A stretch of DNA of 64,000 nucleotides from an uncultured Corynebacterium sp. Lineage in GTDB: Bacteria > Actinomycetota > Actinomycetes > Mycobacteriales > Mycobacteriaceae. The stretch lies in contig NZ_CAMIAN010000002.1 in NCBI RefSeq assembly GCF_946221155.1, positions 20,887-84,886 of the forward strand. Reading direction: 5' to 3'. Under the pieces are notes generated by a model. It made no database searches. It was given only the letters and a program-made list of their open reading frames with translations, and was not told the origin of the DNA. Shown here in pieces: positions 48,118 to 58,604 of the stretch. Numbering within the stretch: the stretch's first letter is position 1; every line of letters begins with the position of its first letter. A program made the translations under genes and the position numbers.

Positions 48118-49614
48118 TTAGAAGATGCCGCCGGGGATCTGTGGTGCGCGCGCCAGCACGTCGTCACTGACCACGAGGTTCAGCTGGCCGAGTTCGCCGG
48201 GGGCCAGGTCCGCGGTGGCCTCGGCGACGTTGAGGAATCGATCCTGTTCCGCCTCGTCCACCACGCCCTCGGCCAGCGTGCGGAACTTGTTGATGTAGTC
48301 GGCGCGGCCGAAGGGGCGAGCGCCCAGCGGGTGGGCGTCGGCCACAGCCAGCTCGTCGACGATCTCTGTGCCATCGCGCAGGGTGACCACTGCCTTGCAG
48401 CCAAAAGCCTTTTCGGCCGGGTCGGTGGAGTGGTAGCGGCGGGTCCACTCCGGATCCTCCACGGTGGAGATCTTGTGCCACAGTTCCACGGTCTCCGGGC
48501 GCTGGGCGCGCTCGGGGGCGTAGGAGCGTTCGTGGTGCCACTCGCCATCTTCGAGAGCGACGGCGAAGATGTACATCACGGAGTGGTCCAGCGTCTCGCG
48601 CGAGGCCTTGGGGTCGAACTTCTGCGGGTCGTTCGAGCCGGTGCCGATCACGTAGTGGGTGTGGTGACTGGTGTGCAGCACGATGCTTTCCACCTGGCTA
48701 AGATCCCCGATCTTGTCCCGCATGCGGCGCGCCAGGTCGATCGGTGCCTGGGACTGGTACTCCGCGGAGTGCTCCTTGGTGTAGGTATCCAGGATCGCCC
48801 GCTTAGGCTCCCCCGCCTCCGGCAGGGGAACAACGTAGTGAGCGTCCGGGCCATCCAGCAGCCAGGCGATCACGCCATCCTCGCCCTCCCAGATCGGGGC
48901 CGGGGCGCCTTCACCGCGCATGGCGCGGTCCACGGCCTCCACCGCCATCTTCCCGGCGAATGCGGGCGCATGGGCCTTCCACGAGCTGATGAGCCCCTTG
49001 CGGGACTGGCGCGTGGCCGTGGTGGTGTGCAGTGCCTGGCCGACGGCCTGGTAGATCACCTGTGGATCCAGGCGCAGCAGCGTGCCGATGCCCGCAGCCG
49101 CGGAGGGACCCAGGTGCGCAACGTGGTCGATCTTGTGTTTATGCAGCGAGATGCCCTTGACCAGGTCCACCTGGATCTCATAGCCGGTGGCGATGCCGCG
49201 GATCAGGTCGCGCCCGCCCAGCCCGCGCGCCTGCGCTACGGCCAGGATCGGCGGGATGTTGTCACCTGGGTGGGAGTACTCGGCGGCCAGGAAAGTATCG
49301 TGAAAATCCAGCTCGCGCACCGCGACGCCGTTGGCCCAGGCGGCCCATTCGGGGGAGACGGTGGCGTCAGCACCAAAAACGGCGCTGGGCCCGGTGTGGC
49401 ACAGCGCCTGGGTGCGCGCCGAGGTGACTGGGCGGCGCAGGATGGAAGCGGCAGCGACGGCCGCGTTATCGATAATGCGGTTGACCACCATGTCCGCGGT
49501 GTCTTGCGGCACCTCGACCGGGTCGGTGGCAACCTGTGCGACCTTCCATGCGAGGTGATCTTCCTGCGGAAAATCGTCGGCCGAGGGGTGGACGCGAACG
49601 TCGTGGTTAATCAT
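48118..49614 (-). CDS. prpD: 2-methylcitrate dehydratase (MmgE/PrpD family)
   Basis: 498 aa with the PrpD pattern, 19 nt upstream of prpC. Confidence 0.88.
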   Translation of the reverse strand: MINHDVRVHPSADDFPQEDHLAWKVAQVATDPVEVPQDTADMVVNRIIDNAAVAAASILRRPVTSARTQALCHTGPSAVFGADATVSPEWAAWANGVAVRELDFHDTFLAAEYSHPGDNIPPILAVAQARGLGGRDLIRGIATGYEIQVDLVKGISLHKHKIDHVAHLGPSAAAGIGTLLRLDPQVIYQAVGQALHTTTATRQSRKGLISSWKAHAPAFAGKMAVEAVDRAMRGEGAPAPIWEGEDGVIAWLLDGPDAHYVVPLPEAGEPKRAILDTYTKEHSAEYQSQAPIDLARRMRDKIGDLSQVESIVLHTSHHTHYVIGTGSNDPQKFDPKASRETLDHSVMYIFAVALEDGEWHHERSYAPERAQRPETVELWHKISTVEDPEWTRRYHSTDPAEKAFGCKAVVTLRDGTEIVDELAVADAHPLGARPFGRADYINKFRTLAEGVVDEAEQDRFLNVAEATADLAPGELGQLNLVVSDDVLARAPQIPGGIF

Positions 49615-49725
49615 CGCGGGAGTTAGATCCTTTCGGAGATTGAGGCTGTGATGCGCCTCACTCTAACGCCCCGCGACGGATTATGTAGTTAAACAAATAT
49701 TTTTTGACGCCAAAACGTCAGCACG

Positions 49726-50790
49726 CTAGGCGTGCTTTGCCTCCACACGCTTGATTGCCTCTTCGGCAACCAGCTGCTGGATACCCATGTCCAGCTCAGA
49801 GGTGAAGCCTACGCAGGAGCAGTTAATTTCACCCAAGACGTAGGTATCTTCGCCGGTCTCGTCGTCATCGGCCAGCATGAAGTCGGCGGTCCAGATCAGC
49901 GGAATGTTGTCGCCACCCAGCTTCTCGGCAATGACCGGACGGGCGGCGGCGAACATGTCCACCAGCTCCTGCCACTCCTCCGGCTTCTGGTAGGTGTACT
50001 TCGCGCCAGAGAACAGAGTTGCGGAGAATGCATCGCCGCCTTCGGCAGGCTTCTTGTGAACCACGAACACCGGGTGCGGGCCGACCAGCAAAATGCGGAT
50101 CTCGCCCTCGACAATGCGCGGCATGAAGCGCATGTCCACCAGCATGCCGTTATCGCCGACGATGTACTGGTCGCAGAAGTCCATGAACTCGCCCAGCTCG
50201 CGAACCTCAGTATGGTTGTCGACTGCCTCGGTGCACTTCAGCTTCGTATCCAGGGGCAGAGCCGCGCCCGGCTCGATGGACTCGGCCAGCTGCTTGTCTT
50301 CCAGCTGCACGCGCCAGATGCCGGAACCGGTGGAGCCGCGGTTCTGCTTCAGCACGCGCTCGCCGTAGGACAGGGAGGTGGGGAAGGTCTTGTGGAACGA
50401 GTCGACGTCGTAGTAGGCGGCGGTATCGTCCGGCACCAGGTCGGTATCGTTCAGCTTCACCAGCGCATCCTTTGCGCCGTAGGCCATCATCTCGGCCGGG
50501 GTGGACATGCCCACCAGGCCAGCCTCCTCGGTCAGCTTGGTCAGCATATCGAAGTAACCCTTTTCGCCGCCAGGGATGTGACCCGGGTTGACGCGGGAGA
50601 TGTATGCGTCGTACTTAGCGGCAACCTCTTCGTAAATTTCGTCGGCCTTCTCCGGGTCGAAGTAGACAACCTCGGCGCCCCAGCCCTTCTCACGGATGGC
50701 CTCGACGATGGGCATAGTGTCGCGGCGGTGGCCGTCCTCACCCTTGTCGTTTCCGCCCTGAACCTCAAAGACAACAATGTTCTTGTGCAC
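49726..50790 (-). CDS. uncharacterised ATP-grasp-fold protein (highly expressed-type codon usage)
   Basis: C-terminal LGEINCSCVGF resembles the ATP-grasp E-x-N metal-binding motif. GTG start follows an AGGGGA SD (MHKNIVVFEV...). Codon choice is typical of abundant Corynebacterium proteins. Confidence 0.55.
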   Translation of the reverse strand: MHKNIVVFEVQGGNDKGEDGHRRDTMPIVEAIREKGWGAEVVYFDPEKADEIYEEVAAKYDAYISRVNPGHIPGGEKGYFDMLTKLTEEAGLVGMSTPAEMMAYGAKDALVKLNDTDLVPDDTAAYYDVDSFHKTFPTSLSYGERVLKQNRGSTGSGIWRVQLEDKQLAESIEPGAALPLDTKLKCTEAVDNHTEVRELGEFMDFCDQYIVGDNGMLVDMRFMPRIVEGEIRILLVGPHPVFVVHKKPAEGGDAFSATLFSGAKYTYQKPEEWQELVDMFAAARPVIAEKLGGDNIPLIWTADFMLADDDETGEDTYVLGEINCSCVGFTSELDMGIQQLVAEEAIKRVEAKHA

Positions 50791-50941
50791 GGTTTCCCCT
50801 AGCTCTGAAAGTAAAAATGCAGTGCATGTGGCCACGTTTAGCCAACACCTTTAATTCTATGACCAGCCAGCCCGGGCGGCAGTGTGAGAAAGGCTGGCAA
50901 GAAGGCGCTAGACTCTCAATCGATCGAAAGGCAGGTGTTTC

Positions 50942-51808
50942 ATGGGAATCGAATTCGACCCCAGCCCACAGCTCAAACAGTACGCGCACCCAAACAAGCT
51001 GGTCACGAATGCTTGGCTAGGTGCAAAGCTGGGAACTCCCGGCCTCAAGGTCGTCGAAGTGGATGCGGATTCGCTTTTATACGATATTGGTCACATCCCT
51101 ACGGCCGTGCGCCTGAAATGGTACGAAGACTTATCGGACCCCGTATGGCGCGACCTTATCGGCCCAAAGGAGTTCGAGGAACTCATGGGGCGCCTAGGCA
51201 TCTCCCGGGACGACACTGTGGTGTTCTACGGCGACCACGCCAACCTGTGGGCTGTGTACGCACTGTGGGTATTCGAGCTTTTCGGCCATCCGGATGTACG
51301 CATCCTGGACGGCGGGCGAGACGCCTGGATGCAAGAGGAGCGGGAAATCTCCTACGCTGTCGACGAGGCGCCGTTCAAGCCCGACTACCGGGCGCCTTCG
51401 CTCCGAAATGACCACACTCACCGCATCTTCGTCGACGAATTGCGCACAAAATACGAGGGCACCCAAGTGATCGACCTACGCAACGCCGAGGAATTCACCG
51501 GCGAGGTAACACTGCCCGGCTACCCTATCCGTCGCAACGGACACGTACCAGGGGCCAAGAACCTGCGCGCCGACTCCTCCCTGCTGGCCAACTCGCGCTT
51601 CTACCCCGCCGAGGCCATCGAGGCCATCCATACCGAACTGGAGCTGGACCCCCACCGCGAGACCGTAGTGTATTGCAACAATGGTGCCCGCGCCGCACTC
51701 GAGTGGTTCGTTTTGCGCTTCCTCTTGGGGTGGGAAAATGTGCGCGTCTACGACGGCTCGTGGATCGAATGGGGAAACATGATGCGCGTGCCCATCGAGC
51801 GTGGCTAA
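50942..51808 (+). CDS. sseA: thiosulfate sulfurtransferase (tandem rhodanese)
   Basis: Two rhodanese domains with active-site CNNGARAA in the second; same position as Rv3283. Confidence 0.85.
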   Translation: MGIEFDPSPQLKQYAHPNKLVTNAWLGAKLGTPGLKVVEVDADSLLYDIGHIPTAVRLKWYEDLSDPVWRDLIGPKEFEELMGRLGISRDDTVVFYGDHANLWAVYALWVFELFGHPDVRILDGGRDAWMQEEREISYAVDEAPFKPDYRAPSLRNDHTHRIFVDELRTKYEGTQVIDLRNAEEFTGEVTLPGYPIRRNGHVPGAKNLRADSSLLANSRFYPAEAIEAIHTELELDPHRETVVYCNNGARAALEWFVLRFLLGWENVRVYDGSWIEWGNMMRVPIERG

Positions 51809-51864
51809 CCGGGGCGTGTAGCCTCATTAACTAACCCCTAACTAATAACCCGAAAGGATTGCCC

Positions 51865-53658
51865 GTGACTTCCAGCACCGCTGCTCCCCTGACGAAGGTA
51901 CTGATCGCCAATCGTGGCGAGATCGCAGTGCGCGTCATCCGGGCTGCGCGTGACGAGGGCATCGCTACCGTTGCCGTGTACGCGGACCCGGATGCCGAGG
52001 CACCCTTCGTACGCATGGCGGACGAGGCACTGGCGCTCGGCGGACAGACTTCCGCGGAGACTTACCTGGATTTCGACAAGATCATTGGTGCTGCGCGCAA
52101 GTCTGGCGCCGACGCGATCCACCCTGGCTACGGCTTCCTGTCGGAGAACGCGGACTTCGCCCAGGCCGTCGTCGATGCGGGGCTGAACTGGATCGGCCCA
52201 CCGCCGGAGGCCATTCGTAAGCTCGGCGATAAGGTCACCGCGCGAAACATCGCTCTTAGTGTTGACGCCCCTATGACTCCGGGCACTAAGGAGCCCGTCG
52301 CGGATGCCGCAGAGGTCACCGCCTTTGCGGAGCGCCACGGACTTCCGATCGCCATTAAGGCCGCCTTCGGCGGTGGTGGGCGCGGAATGAAGGTCGCCTA
52401 CACGATGGATGAGATTCCGGAACTCTTTGAATCCGCAACCCGCGAGGCCATCACCGCCTTCGGCCGCGGTGAGTGCTTCGTGGAGCGCTACCTGGACCGC
52501 GCCCGCCACGTCGAGGCGCAGGTCGTGGCCGATAAGCACGGCAACGTTGTGGTCGCTTCCACCCGCGACTGCTCCGCCCAGCGGCGTTTCCAGAAGCTCA
52601 TCGAGGAGGCCCCCGCGCCTTTCCTGAGCGACGAGCAGAATGAGCGCATCTATTCCTCCGCCAAGGCCATCTGCCGCGAAGCCGGCTACTACGGCGCAGG
52701 CACGGTGGAGTACCTAGTGGGCTCCGACGGGCTGATCAGCTTCCTGGAGGTCAACACCCGCCTGCAGGTGGAGCACCCCGTCACCGAACAGGTCACTGGC
52801 TGGGATCTGGTGCGCGAGCAGTTCCGCATCACCCGCGGTGAGGAACTCTCCCGCACCGAAGATCCAGAGATTGTCGGCCACTCCATCGAGTTCCGCATCA
52901 ACGGAGAGGATCCGACGAACAACTTCATGCCTGCCCCCGGCCGCATCCAGACTTACCGCGAGCCCACCGGCCCCGGCGTACGCATGGACTCCGGCATCGA
53001 AACCGGCGCGGTGGTCGGCGGTCAGTTCGACTCCATGCTGGCCAAGCTCATCGTCACCGGCGCCGACCGCACCGAGGCGATCCAGCGTTCCCTGCGAGCA
53101 TTGGGAGAATACGAGGTCGAAGGAATCCCGACGGTTATCCCCTTCCACCAGGCTGCGCTGACCGACCCGGCTTTCGTTGCCGAGGACGGCAACTACCGCG
53201 TGTACACGCGGTGGATCGAGGAAGAATGGGACAACCAGCTGCCTGCCTACGAGGAACCACTCGCGGCCGCCGCCGAGGGCGAACTGCCTAAGGAGAAGCT
53301 GGTCGTGGAGGTCGACGGCCGCCGCGTGGAAGTTTTGGTTCCGGGAGAGATCCTGGCGGGCCGGGGCTCGGTGAGCCGGGCGAAGAAGCGCCGTGCAAAT
53401 GCCGCGGACATCGCCATCACCGGCGACACGGTGGCCGCCCCAATGCAGGGCACCGTGATCAAGGTGGAAGTCGCGGAAGGCGACGAAGTATCCGAAGGCG
53501 ACGTTCTGCTGGTGCTCGAGGCGATGAAGATGGAAAACGCCGTCAAGGCGCACAAGTCCGGTGTGGTGCAGTCCTTAAACGTCGGAGGCGGCGATGGCGT
53601 CACAAAGAATCAAGCACTTATGGAGCTCAAGGACGAAAGCTCCGCTGAGAACGAATAG
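51865..53658 (+). CDS. accBC: acyl-CoA carboxylase alpha subunit (biotin carboxylase + BCCP)
   Basis: Biotin carboxylase ATP-grasp domain plus the C-terminal biotinyl motif EAMKMEN. GTG 51865 sits 6 nt after an AAAGGA SD. Confidence 0.95.
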   Translation: MTSSTAAPLTKVLIANRGEIAVRVIRAARDEGIATVAVYADPDAEAPFVRMADEALALGGQTSAETYLDFDKIIGAARKSGADAIHPGYGFLSENADFAQAVVDAGLNWIGPPPEAIRKLGDKVTARNIALSVDAPMTPGTKEPVADAAEVTAFAERHGLPIAIKAAFGGGGRGMKVAYTMDEIPELFESATREAITAFGRGECFVERYLDRARHVEAQVVADKHGNVVVASTRDCSAQRRFQKLIEEAPAPFLSDEQNERIYSSAKAICREAGYYGAGTVEYLVGSDGLISFLEVNTRLQVEHPVTEQVTGWDLVREQFRITRGEELSRTEDPEIVGHSIEFRINGEDPTNNFMPAPGRIQTYREPTGPGVRMDSGIETGAVVGGQFDSMLAKLIVTGADRTEAIQRSLRALGEYEVEGIPTVIPFHQAALTDPAFVAEDGNYRVYTRWIEEEWDNQLPAYEEPLAAAAEGELPKEKLVVEVDGRRVEVLVPGEILAGRGSVSRAKKRRANAADIAITGDTVAAPMQGTVIKVEVAEGDEVSEGDVLLVLEAMKMENAVKAHKSGVVQSLNVGGGDGVTKNQALMELKDESSAENE

Positions 53659-53680
53659 ACGAGGCAGGAAACACACCCCC

Positions 53681-54328
53681 ATGACTGAAACTACCCCTGA
53701 GCAGGCAACCACGGTTGAGAAGAAGACGCCGAAGGGCATGATCTTCCTCGGCCTTGGGCTACTGATCGTCGCCCTGATTACCGCCATCGTTTCGCTGGTG
53801 GGTGTGAAGGACTTCGGCAAGAGCTACGACGTAAAGGCTGGCAAGGAGTACTACTTGCTAGCCGATGAAGACGCACTGAATGCGAAGGAGTGCACCCTGG
53901 TCGATAAGGAGGACAAGAATCTTGTCGACCGCATCGAGGCCGCGGACCTAAAGTTCAGCCAGGAAGACCTGGAGATCTCCGACGTGTCCCTGCCCCTGAC
54001 GAAGAACAAGGGTGTGTACACCTCGATTAAGTTCACCGAGGACATCGAGGGCGCCAAGTACACCTGCGACCAGGGCAACATCTACATCTCCAAGTACTCC
54101 TCCGGCACTCTGCAGGCCCTGCGGTGGGTAACGATGCTGTGCGGCGCTGCGGGTGTGGCGATCCTGATTCTGGCAGCGTTTGCGAACCAGCGTAAGAAGG
54201 GTGCAGATGCTGGGGACGCTGAGGACGTTAAGGTCACTGAGGACAAAGCGGACACAGAGGACACAGCGGACACAGCGGACGCTAAGGACGCAGTAGACAG
54301 CAAAGACAGCGAAGACAGCGGAAACTGA
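53681..54328 (+). CDS. two-TM membrane protein with acidic repeat tail (DTEDTADTADAKDAVDSKDSEDSGN)
   Basis: Start at the internal ATG, which has a GAGGCAGGAA SD. TM helices near residue 20 and near the C-terminus, followed by a low-complexity acidic tail. Confidence 0.55.
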   Translation: MTETTPEQATTVEKKTPKGMIFLGLGLLIVALITAIVSLVGVKDFGKSYDVKAGKEYYLLADEDALNAKECTLVDKEDKNLVDRIEAADLKFSQEDLEISDVSLPLTKNKGVYTSIKFTEDIEGAKYTCDQGNIYISKYSSGTLQALRWVTMLCGAAGVAILILAAFANQRKKGADAGDAEDVKVTEDKADTEDTADTADAKDAVDSKDSEDSGN

Positions 54329-55915
54329 GTGGCAGAAAACTTTACGAACCAACTGACCGGAACCTTGGCTAAGTGGAAGAGCTCCAAGCGGGGCTACGTT
54401 TTGGCACTCGATCAGGGGACCACGTCTACCCGCTGCATCATTTTTGACGCGCATGGCAAGATCATCAGCTCCAGCCACATGGAGCACCGACAGATCTTCC
54501 CACACCCCGGCTGGGTGGAACACGACCCGGAAGAGATCCGGCGCAACACCCGTCGCGTGATGGCGGACGCTGCGGCCTCCCGCGACATTCCAGTCGAGGA
54601 GTTCGCAGCGGTGGGCATCACCAACCAGCGCGAAACCACCGTCGTGTGGGACCGCGCCACCGGCAAGCCCATCTACAACGCCATCGTGTGGCAGGACACG
54701 CGCACCGATAAGATCGTGAGCTCTCTGAGCGAAGAACAGAAGACCATGATCTTCGAGCGCACCGGGCTGAACGCCTCCACCTACTTCGCCGGGCCGAAGA
54801 TCCAGTGGATCCTGGATAACGTCGACGGTGCCCGCGAGAAGGCGGAGCGTGGGGAGCTGGCCTTCGGCACCATTGATACGTGGCTGATCTGGGAACTCAC
54901 GCGCCGCTCACGCAAGAAGTCGAAGGCGAGCCGCAGCGATCACGTCCGGCACGTCACGGACGTCACCAATGCCTCACGCACCATGCTGATGGATCTGCGG
55001 ACGCAAACGTGGGATCCGGAGCTGTGCGAGCTGTTCGGTGTGCCGGAATCCATGCTGCCGGAGATCGTCAGTTCTTCCGAGGTCGTCGGGAAGGTCCGCC
55101 GCAGTGGGCCGGTGCAGGGTGTGCCGATCGCGGGCATCCTAGGCGATCAGCAGGCCGCCGCTTTCGGCCAGGTGTGTTTCAACCAGGGCGAGGCGAAGAA
55201 CACCTACGGCACTGGCAACTTCCTTTTGATGAACACCGGCACCGAGCCGCAGTGGTCCGAGCACGGACTGATCACCACCGTCGCCTACCGGCTGGGCAAT
55301 CAGCCGGCCGTGTACGCCCTTGAGGGATCCATCGCTGTCACCGGCTCCCTGGTGCAGTGGCTGCGCGACAACCTGGGGTTCTTCGACACCGCCGACGACA
55401 TCGAGCCGCTGGCCCGCAGCGTCGACGACAACGGTGGCTGCTACATCGTGCCGGCATTCAGCGGGTTGCTGGCGCCGCACTGGCGCCCCGAGGCTCGCGG
55501 CATCATCGCGGGCCTGACCCGCTACGTGACGAAGGCCCACATCGCCAGGGCCGCGCTGGAGGCTACGGCCTTCCAAACCCGCGAGGTCGTCGAGGCCATG
55601 AACGCCGACTCGCAAGTGGATCTGAAAAACCTGCGCGTCGACGGTGGCATGGTGGTTAACTCGCTGCTGATGCAGTTCCAAGCCGACCAGCTGGAAGTGC
55701 CGGTAACGGTGCCGGAGGTTTCGGAGACCACCGCCCTCGGCGCAGCATACGCCGCCGGGCTGGCCGTGGGCTTCTACCGGGACCTCGACGAGTTGGTTTC
55801 CCTCTGGCAGGAGGAAAAGACCTACTTCCCGAAGGGCGACCCGGAGGAGCGCAAGATCGCTTACGACAAGTGGAAGCGTGCCGTGGAACGGACGTTTGGC
55901 TGGACCGAGGATTAG
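54329..55915 (+). CDS. glpK: glycerol kinase
   Basis: FGGY N- and C-domains ([17 protein letters not shown]...). Confidence 0.93.
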   Translation: MAENFTNQLTGTLAKWKSSKRGYVLALDQGTTSTRCIIFDAHGKIISSSHMEHRQIFPHPGWVEHDPEEIRRNTRRVMADAAASRDIPVEEFAAVGITNQRETTVVWDRATGKPIYNAIVWQDTRTDKIVSSLSEEQKTMIFERTGLNASTYFAGPKIQWILDNVDGAREKAERGELAFGTIDTWLIWELTRRSRKKSKASRSDHVRHVTDVTNASRTMLMDLRTQTWDPELCELFGVPESMLPEIVSSSEVVGKVRRSGPVQGVPIAGILGDQQAAAFGQVCFNQGEAKNTYGTGNFLLMNTGTEPQWSEHGLITTVAYRLGNQPAVYALEGSIAVTGSLVQWLRDNLGFFDTADDIEPLARSVDDNGGCYIVPAFSGLLAPHWRPEARGIIAGLTRYVTKAHIARAALEATAFQTREVVEAMNADSQVDLKNLRVDGGMVVNSLLMQFQADQLEVPVTVPEVSETTALGAAYAAGLAVGFYRDLDELVSLWQEEKTYFPKGDPEERKIAYDKWKRAVERTFGWTED

Positions 55916-55939
55916 GCGTCCAGTGCTACCTTTATAGGT

Positions 55940-56521
55940 ATGAACGAACCGTCCCGCCGTGAAATCCGCATCTCCGATGTCGACCGTAGCGACGCTATCA
56001 GCGTTCTCGGTGAGCACTTCGCCGACGGCCGGCTCACCATGATCGAGTACGAGGAGCGCGTGCAGCAAGCCACCGCCGCAGTTTCCGAAGGTGAACTGGA
56101 ACAGATCTTTTCCGACCTTCCCAAGCTAGAGGCCTCCCGCGAGCTGGTCCCCTACTACTCCGCCCGCGAAATCGACCGCCAGTACCGCAGTGGCCGGAAC
56201 ATCCGCCTGGGCCTGCTGCTCAGCACTGTGATCGGCAGCAGCGCCCTGGCTATGCTCGTCAATAGCGTGTGGGCGAACTCCGCCATCCTTTTGCTATTGA
56301 TCCCGCTGGTCTTCGTGCTGCTCTACGTCATGAAGGTCGGCCCGCAGAGCTGGTACGATCCCAGCCCGAAGCAACTGGAGCGCCAGCGCCTCCGGGAGCT
56401 GAAATTGCAGCAGCGCGCCCAGCAGGCACAGTGGAAGTTCGAGCGCAAGCAGCGCACCCACCAGCTGACGAGCAGCGCAATGAAGTTCGCGCAGAAGCGC
56501 CTTAACGGAACTGGTCAATAA
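55940..56521 (+). CDS. DUF1707 (SHOCT-like) domain membrane protein
   Basis: N-terminal ISDVDRSDAISVLGEHFADGRLTMIEYEERV, then two TM helices and a basic coiled C-terminus. Confidence 0.7.
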   Translation: MNEPSRREIRISDVDRSDAISVLGEHFADGRLTMIEYEERVQQATAAVSEGELEQIFSDLPKLEASRELVPYYSAREIDRQYRSGRNIRLGLLLSTVIGSSALAMLVNSVWANSAILLLLIPLVFVLLYVMKVGPQSWYDPSPKQLERQRLRELKLQQRAQQAQWKFERKQRTHQLTSSAMKFAQKRLNGTGQ

Positions 56522-57734
56522 CTCCGGCGAATAGGCGGATGCCGATGCCCAGGGCGCGTTCGTCGAAGATGATGTCCGGCTGGTGCAGGTCGGGCCGCTC
56601 CCCCTTGCCAGTCCATGCACCCAGGCGCGCCATGGAGCCCGGTACGTGCTCCAGGTACCAGCTGAAGTCCTCACCGCCGGTGGATTGCGGGGCCTCCTTC
56701 AACGCGTTCGGATCTACGTCGTTGACGGCCTGCGCCAGCGCGGCGGTGGAGACGTCGTCGTTCATCACCGGTGGCACACCCTTGGTGTAGCGCAGCTCGA
56801 GCTCGGCCCCGGTAGGTGCCACCAGGTGCTCTAGGAGTTCTCGCAGGGTTTCTTCGCCACGACGCCACACTCCAACCTCCGCGGTTCGGAACGTACCGAG
56901 CAGGCGAACTTCCTGGGGAATTGCGTTGAACGTGGAACCACCGTTGATCGCGCCGAAAGTCAATACGGTGCCAGTGCGCGGGTCCACGGTGCGGGACAGC
57001 AAGCCAGGCAGCTGCGAGGCAATGATGCCTGCGGTGTACACCAAGTCCGCCGCCAGGTGTGGACGGGAAGTGTGACCGCCGTGTCCGCGCAGGATGATCT
57101 CCACCACGTCGCTGGCGGAGGTGATTGCCCCGGTGCGCACGCCGATCTCCCCGGTGCGCAGCTTCGGCTCGCAGTGGACAGCGAAGATGCGAGATACGCC
57201 ATTGAGTGCACCGGCCTCGATGACGTCCACCGCGCCGCCGTCCATGACCTCCTCAGCGGGCTGGAAGATAAAGCGAACCTGAATTCCCAGGGCATCCTCC
57301 CCGTGGGCGTCCACAAATTCGGCAAGGGCGACGGCCAGCCCCAGCACGACTGTGGTGTGGATGTCGTGACCGCAGGCGTGCATGACCCCCGGCACCTCGG
57401 AGGCGTAGTCGAGCCCCGTGACCTCCTGTAATGGCAGCGCGTCGATGTCGCCGCGGAAGGCGATGCGGGGCGCCCCAACGGGACCGATGTCGGCAATCAA
57501 GCCGGTGGAGGGAAGCGCCACGGGCTGCAGCCCGGCGCGCTCGAGCTCGGCGAAGAGGAAGCGGGTGGTCTCCGTCTCCATGTGCGACAGCTCGGGGTTG
57601 CGGTGCAGGTGACGGCGCCAGTCGATGACCCGCTGTGCGTTGTCCCGCGTCCAGTTCTGCACAAACTGGGCGACGGAATGAGTGCTGCTTTCCTGCGCGC
57701 GTTCCTGTGTGCCGTCTTGCACTTGAATACTCAC
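56502..57734 (-). CDS. M20D-family amidohydrolase (N-acyl-L-amino-acid amidohydrolase/hippuricase-like)
   Basis: MHACGHDIHT metal-binding motif and the M20 dimerisation-domain pattern. Confidence 0.85.
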   Translation of the reverse strand: MSIQVQDGTQERAQESSTHSVAQFVQNWTRDNAQRVIDWRRHLHRNPELSHMETETTRFLFAELERAGLQPVALPSTGLIADIGPVGAPRIAFRGDIDALPLQEVTGLDYASEVPGVMHACGHDIHTTVVLGLAVALAEFVDAHGEDALGIQVRFIFQPAEEVMDGGAVDVIEAGALNGVSRIFAVHCEPKLRTGEIGVRTGAITSASDVVEIILRGHGGHTSRPHLAADLVYTAGIIASQLPGLLSRTVDPRTGTVLTFGAINGGSTFNAIPQEVRLLGTFRTAEVGVWRRGEETLRELLEHLVAPTGAELELRYTKGVPPVMNDDVSTAALAQAVNDVDPNALKEAPQSTGGEDFSWYLEHVPGSMARLGAWTGKGERPDLHQPDIIFDERALGIGIRLFAGVIDQFR

Positions 57735-57791
57735 GTCCCTCTCACTTTTACTGACCTGTCCAGTCTAGCGCCTACGGTATTCTTGGTTGGC

Positions 57792-58604
57792 ATGACTGCT
57801 TCCCCAAATCCTTATGAATTGGCCGCAGAGGCTGCGGCGGCGCTGAAGGAGCGCACGGGCCTCGATTCCTACGACTGTGCCGTAGTACTCGGCTCGGGGT
57901 GGCGCCCCGCCGCTGACGTGCTGTGCGAAGGCGCGGAAGACCTGCAGGAGTTCCCGATGTCGGAGCTGCCGGGCTTCCTGGCGCCGACAGCGCAGGGGCA
58001 CGGCGGCACGGTCCGCAGCGCCCGTATCGGCGACCGAAAAGTGCTAGTGCTACTGGGTCGCACACACGCCTACGAGGGCCACGAGCTATGGCGCACTGCC
58101 CATGCAGTCCGCACCGCCGCGGCTGCGGGTGTGCAGACTCTCGTGCTGACCAACGCCGCTGGTGGCCTGACCGAGGGCATGACCGTAGGCGAGCCAGTGC
58201 TGATCGCCGACCACATCAACTTCACCGCCAAGACGCCCCTGACAGGCGCGAACTTCGTGAACCTAGTGGATGCCTACAGCCCCGAGCTGCGCGCCAAGGT
58301 ACAGAAGCTGCGCCCCGGTATGCGCGAGGCCGTGTATGCAATGATGCCCGGACCGCAGTACGAAACTCCGGCGGAGATCCACATGCTGCGTACCCTGGGC
58401 GCGGGCCTGGTGGGCATGTCCACGGTCTACGAGACGATCGCCGCGCGCGAGGCGAACGTGGACGTGCTGGGAATTTCGCTGGTCACAAACCTGGCGGCGG
58501 GAGTTACCGGCGAGGCCCTGAACCACGAGGAAGTCTTGCAGGCGGGCAAGGAAGCCGCCAACGGCATGGGCAAGTTGCTCGGCGAGCTGGTGAACAACCT
58601 ATGA
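57792..58604 (+). CDS. punA: purine nucleoside phosphorylase
   Basis: PNP-I pattern (GMSTVYETIAAREANVDVLGISLVTNLAAG). Start at the internal ATG (MTASPNPYE). Confidence 0.88.
   Translation: MTASPNPYELAAEAAAALKERTGLDSYDCAVVLGSGWRPAADVLCEGAEDLQEFPMSELPGFLAPTAQGHGGTVRSARIGDRKVLVLLGRTHAYEGHELWRTAHAVRTAAAAGVQTLVLTNAAGGLTEGMTVGEPVLIADHINFTAKTPLTGANFVNLVDAYSPELRAKVQKLRPGMREAVYAMMPGPQYETPAEIHMLRTLGAGLVGMSTVYETIAAREANVDVLGISLVTNLAAGVTGEALNHEEVLQAGKEAANGMGKLLGELVNNL

Noticed and set aside
47917-49626. 569-aa plus-strand ORF antisense to prpD/prpC
   Set aside because: Same reason; prpD and prpC on the minus strand are collinear with characterised orthologues.
57923-58600. 5' extension of the PmmB-like ORF across punA
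   Set aside because: Arg/Gly-rich translation inside punA. The true start is the ATG forming an ATGA overlap with the punA stop.
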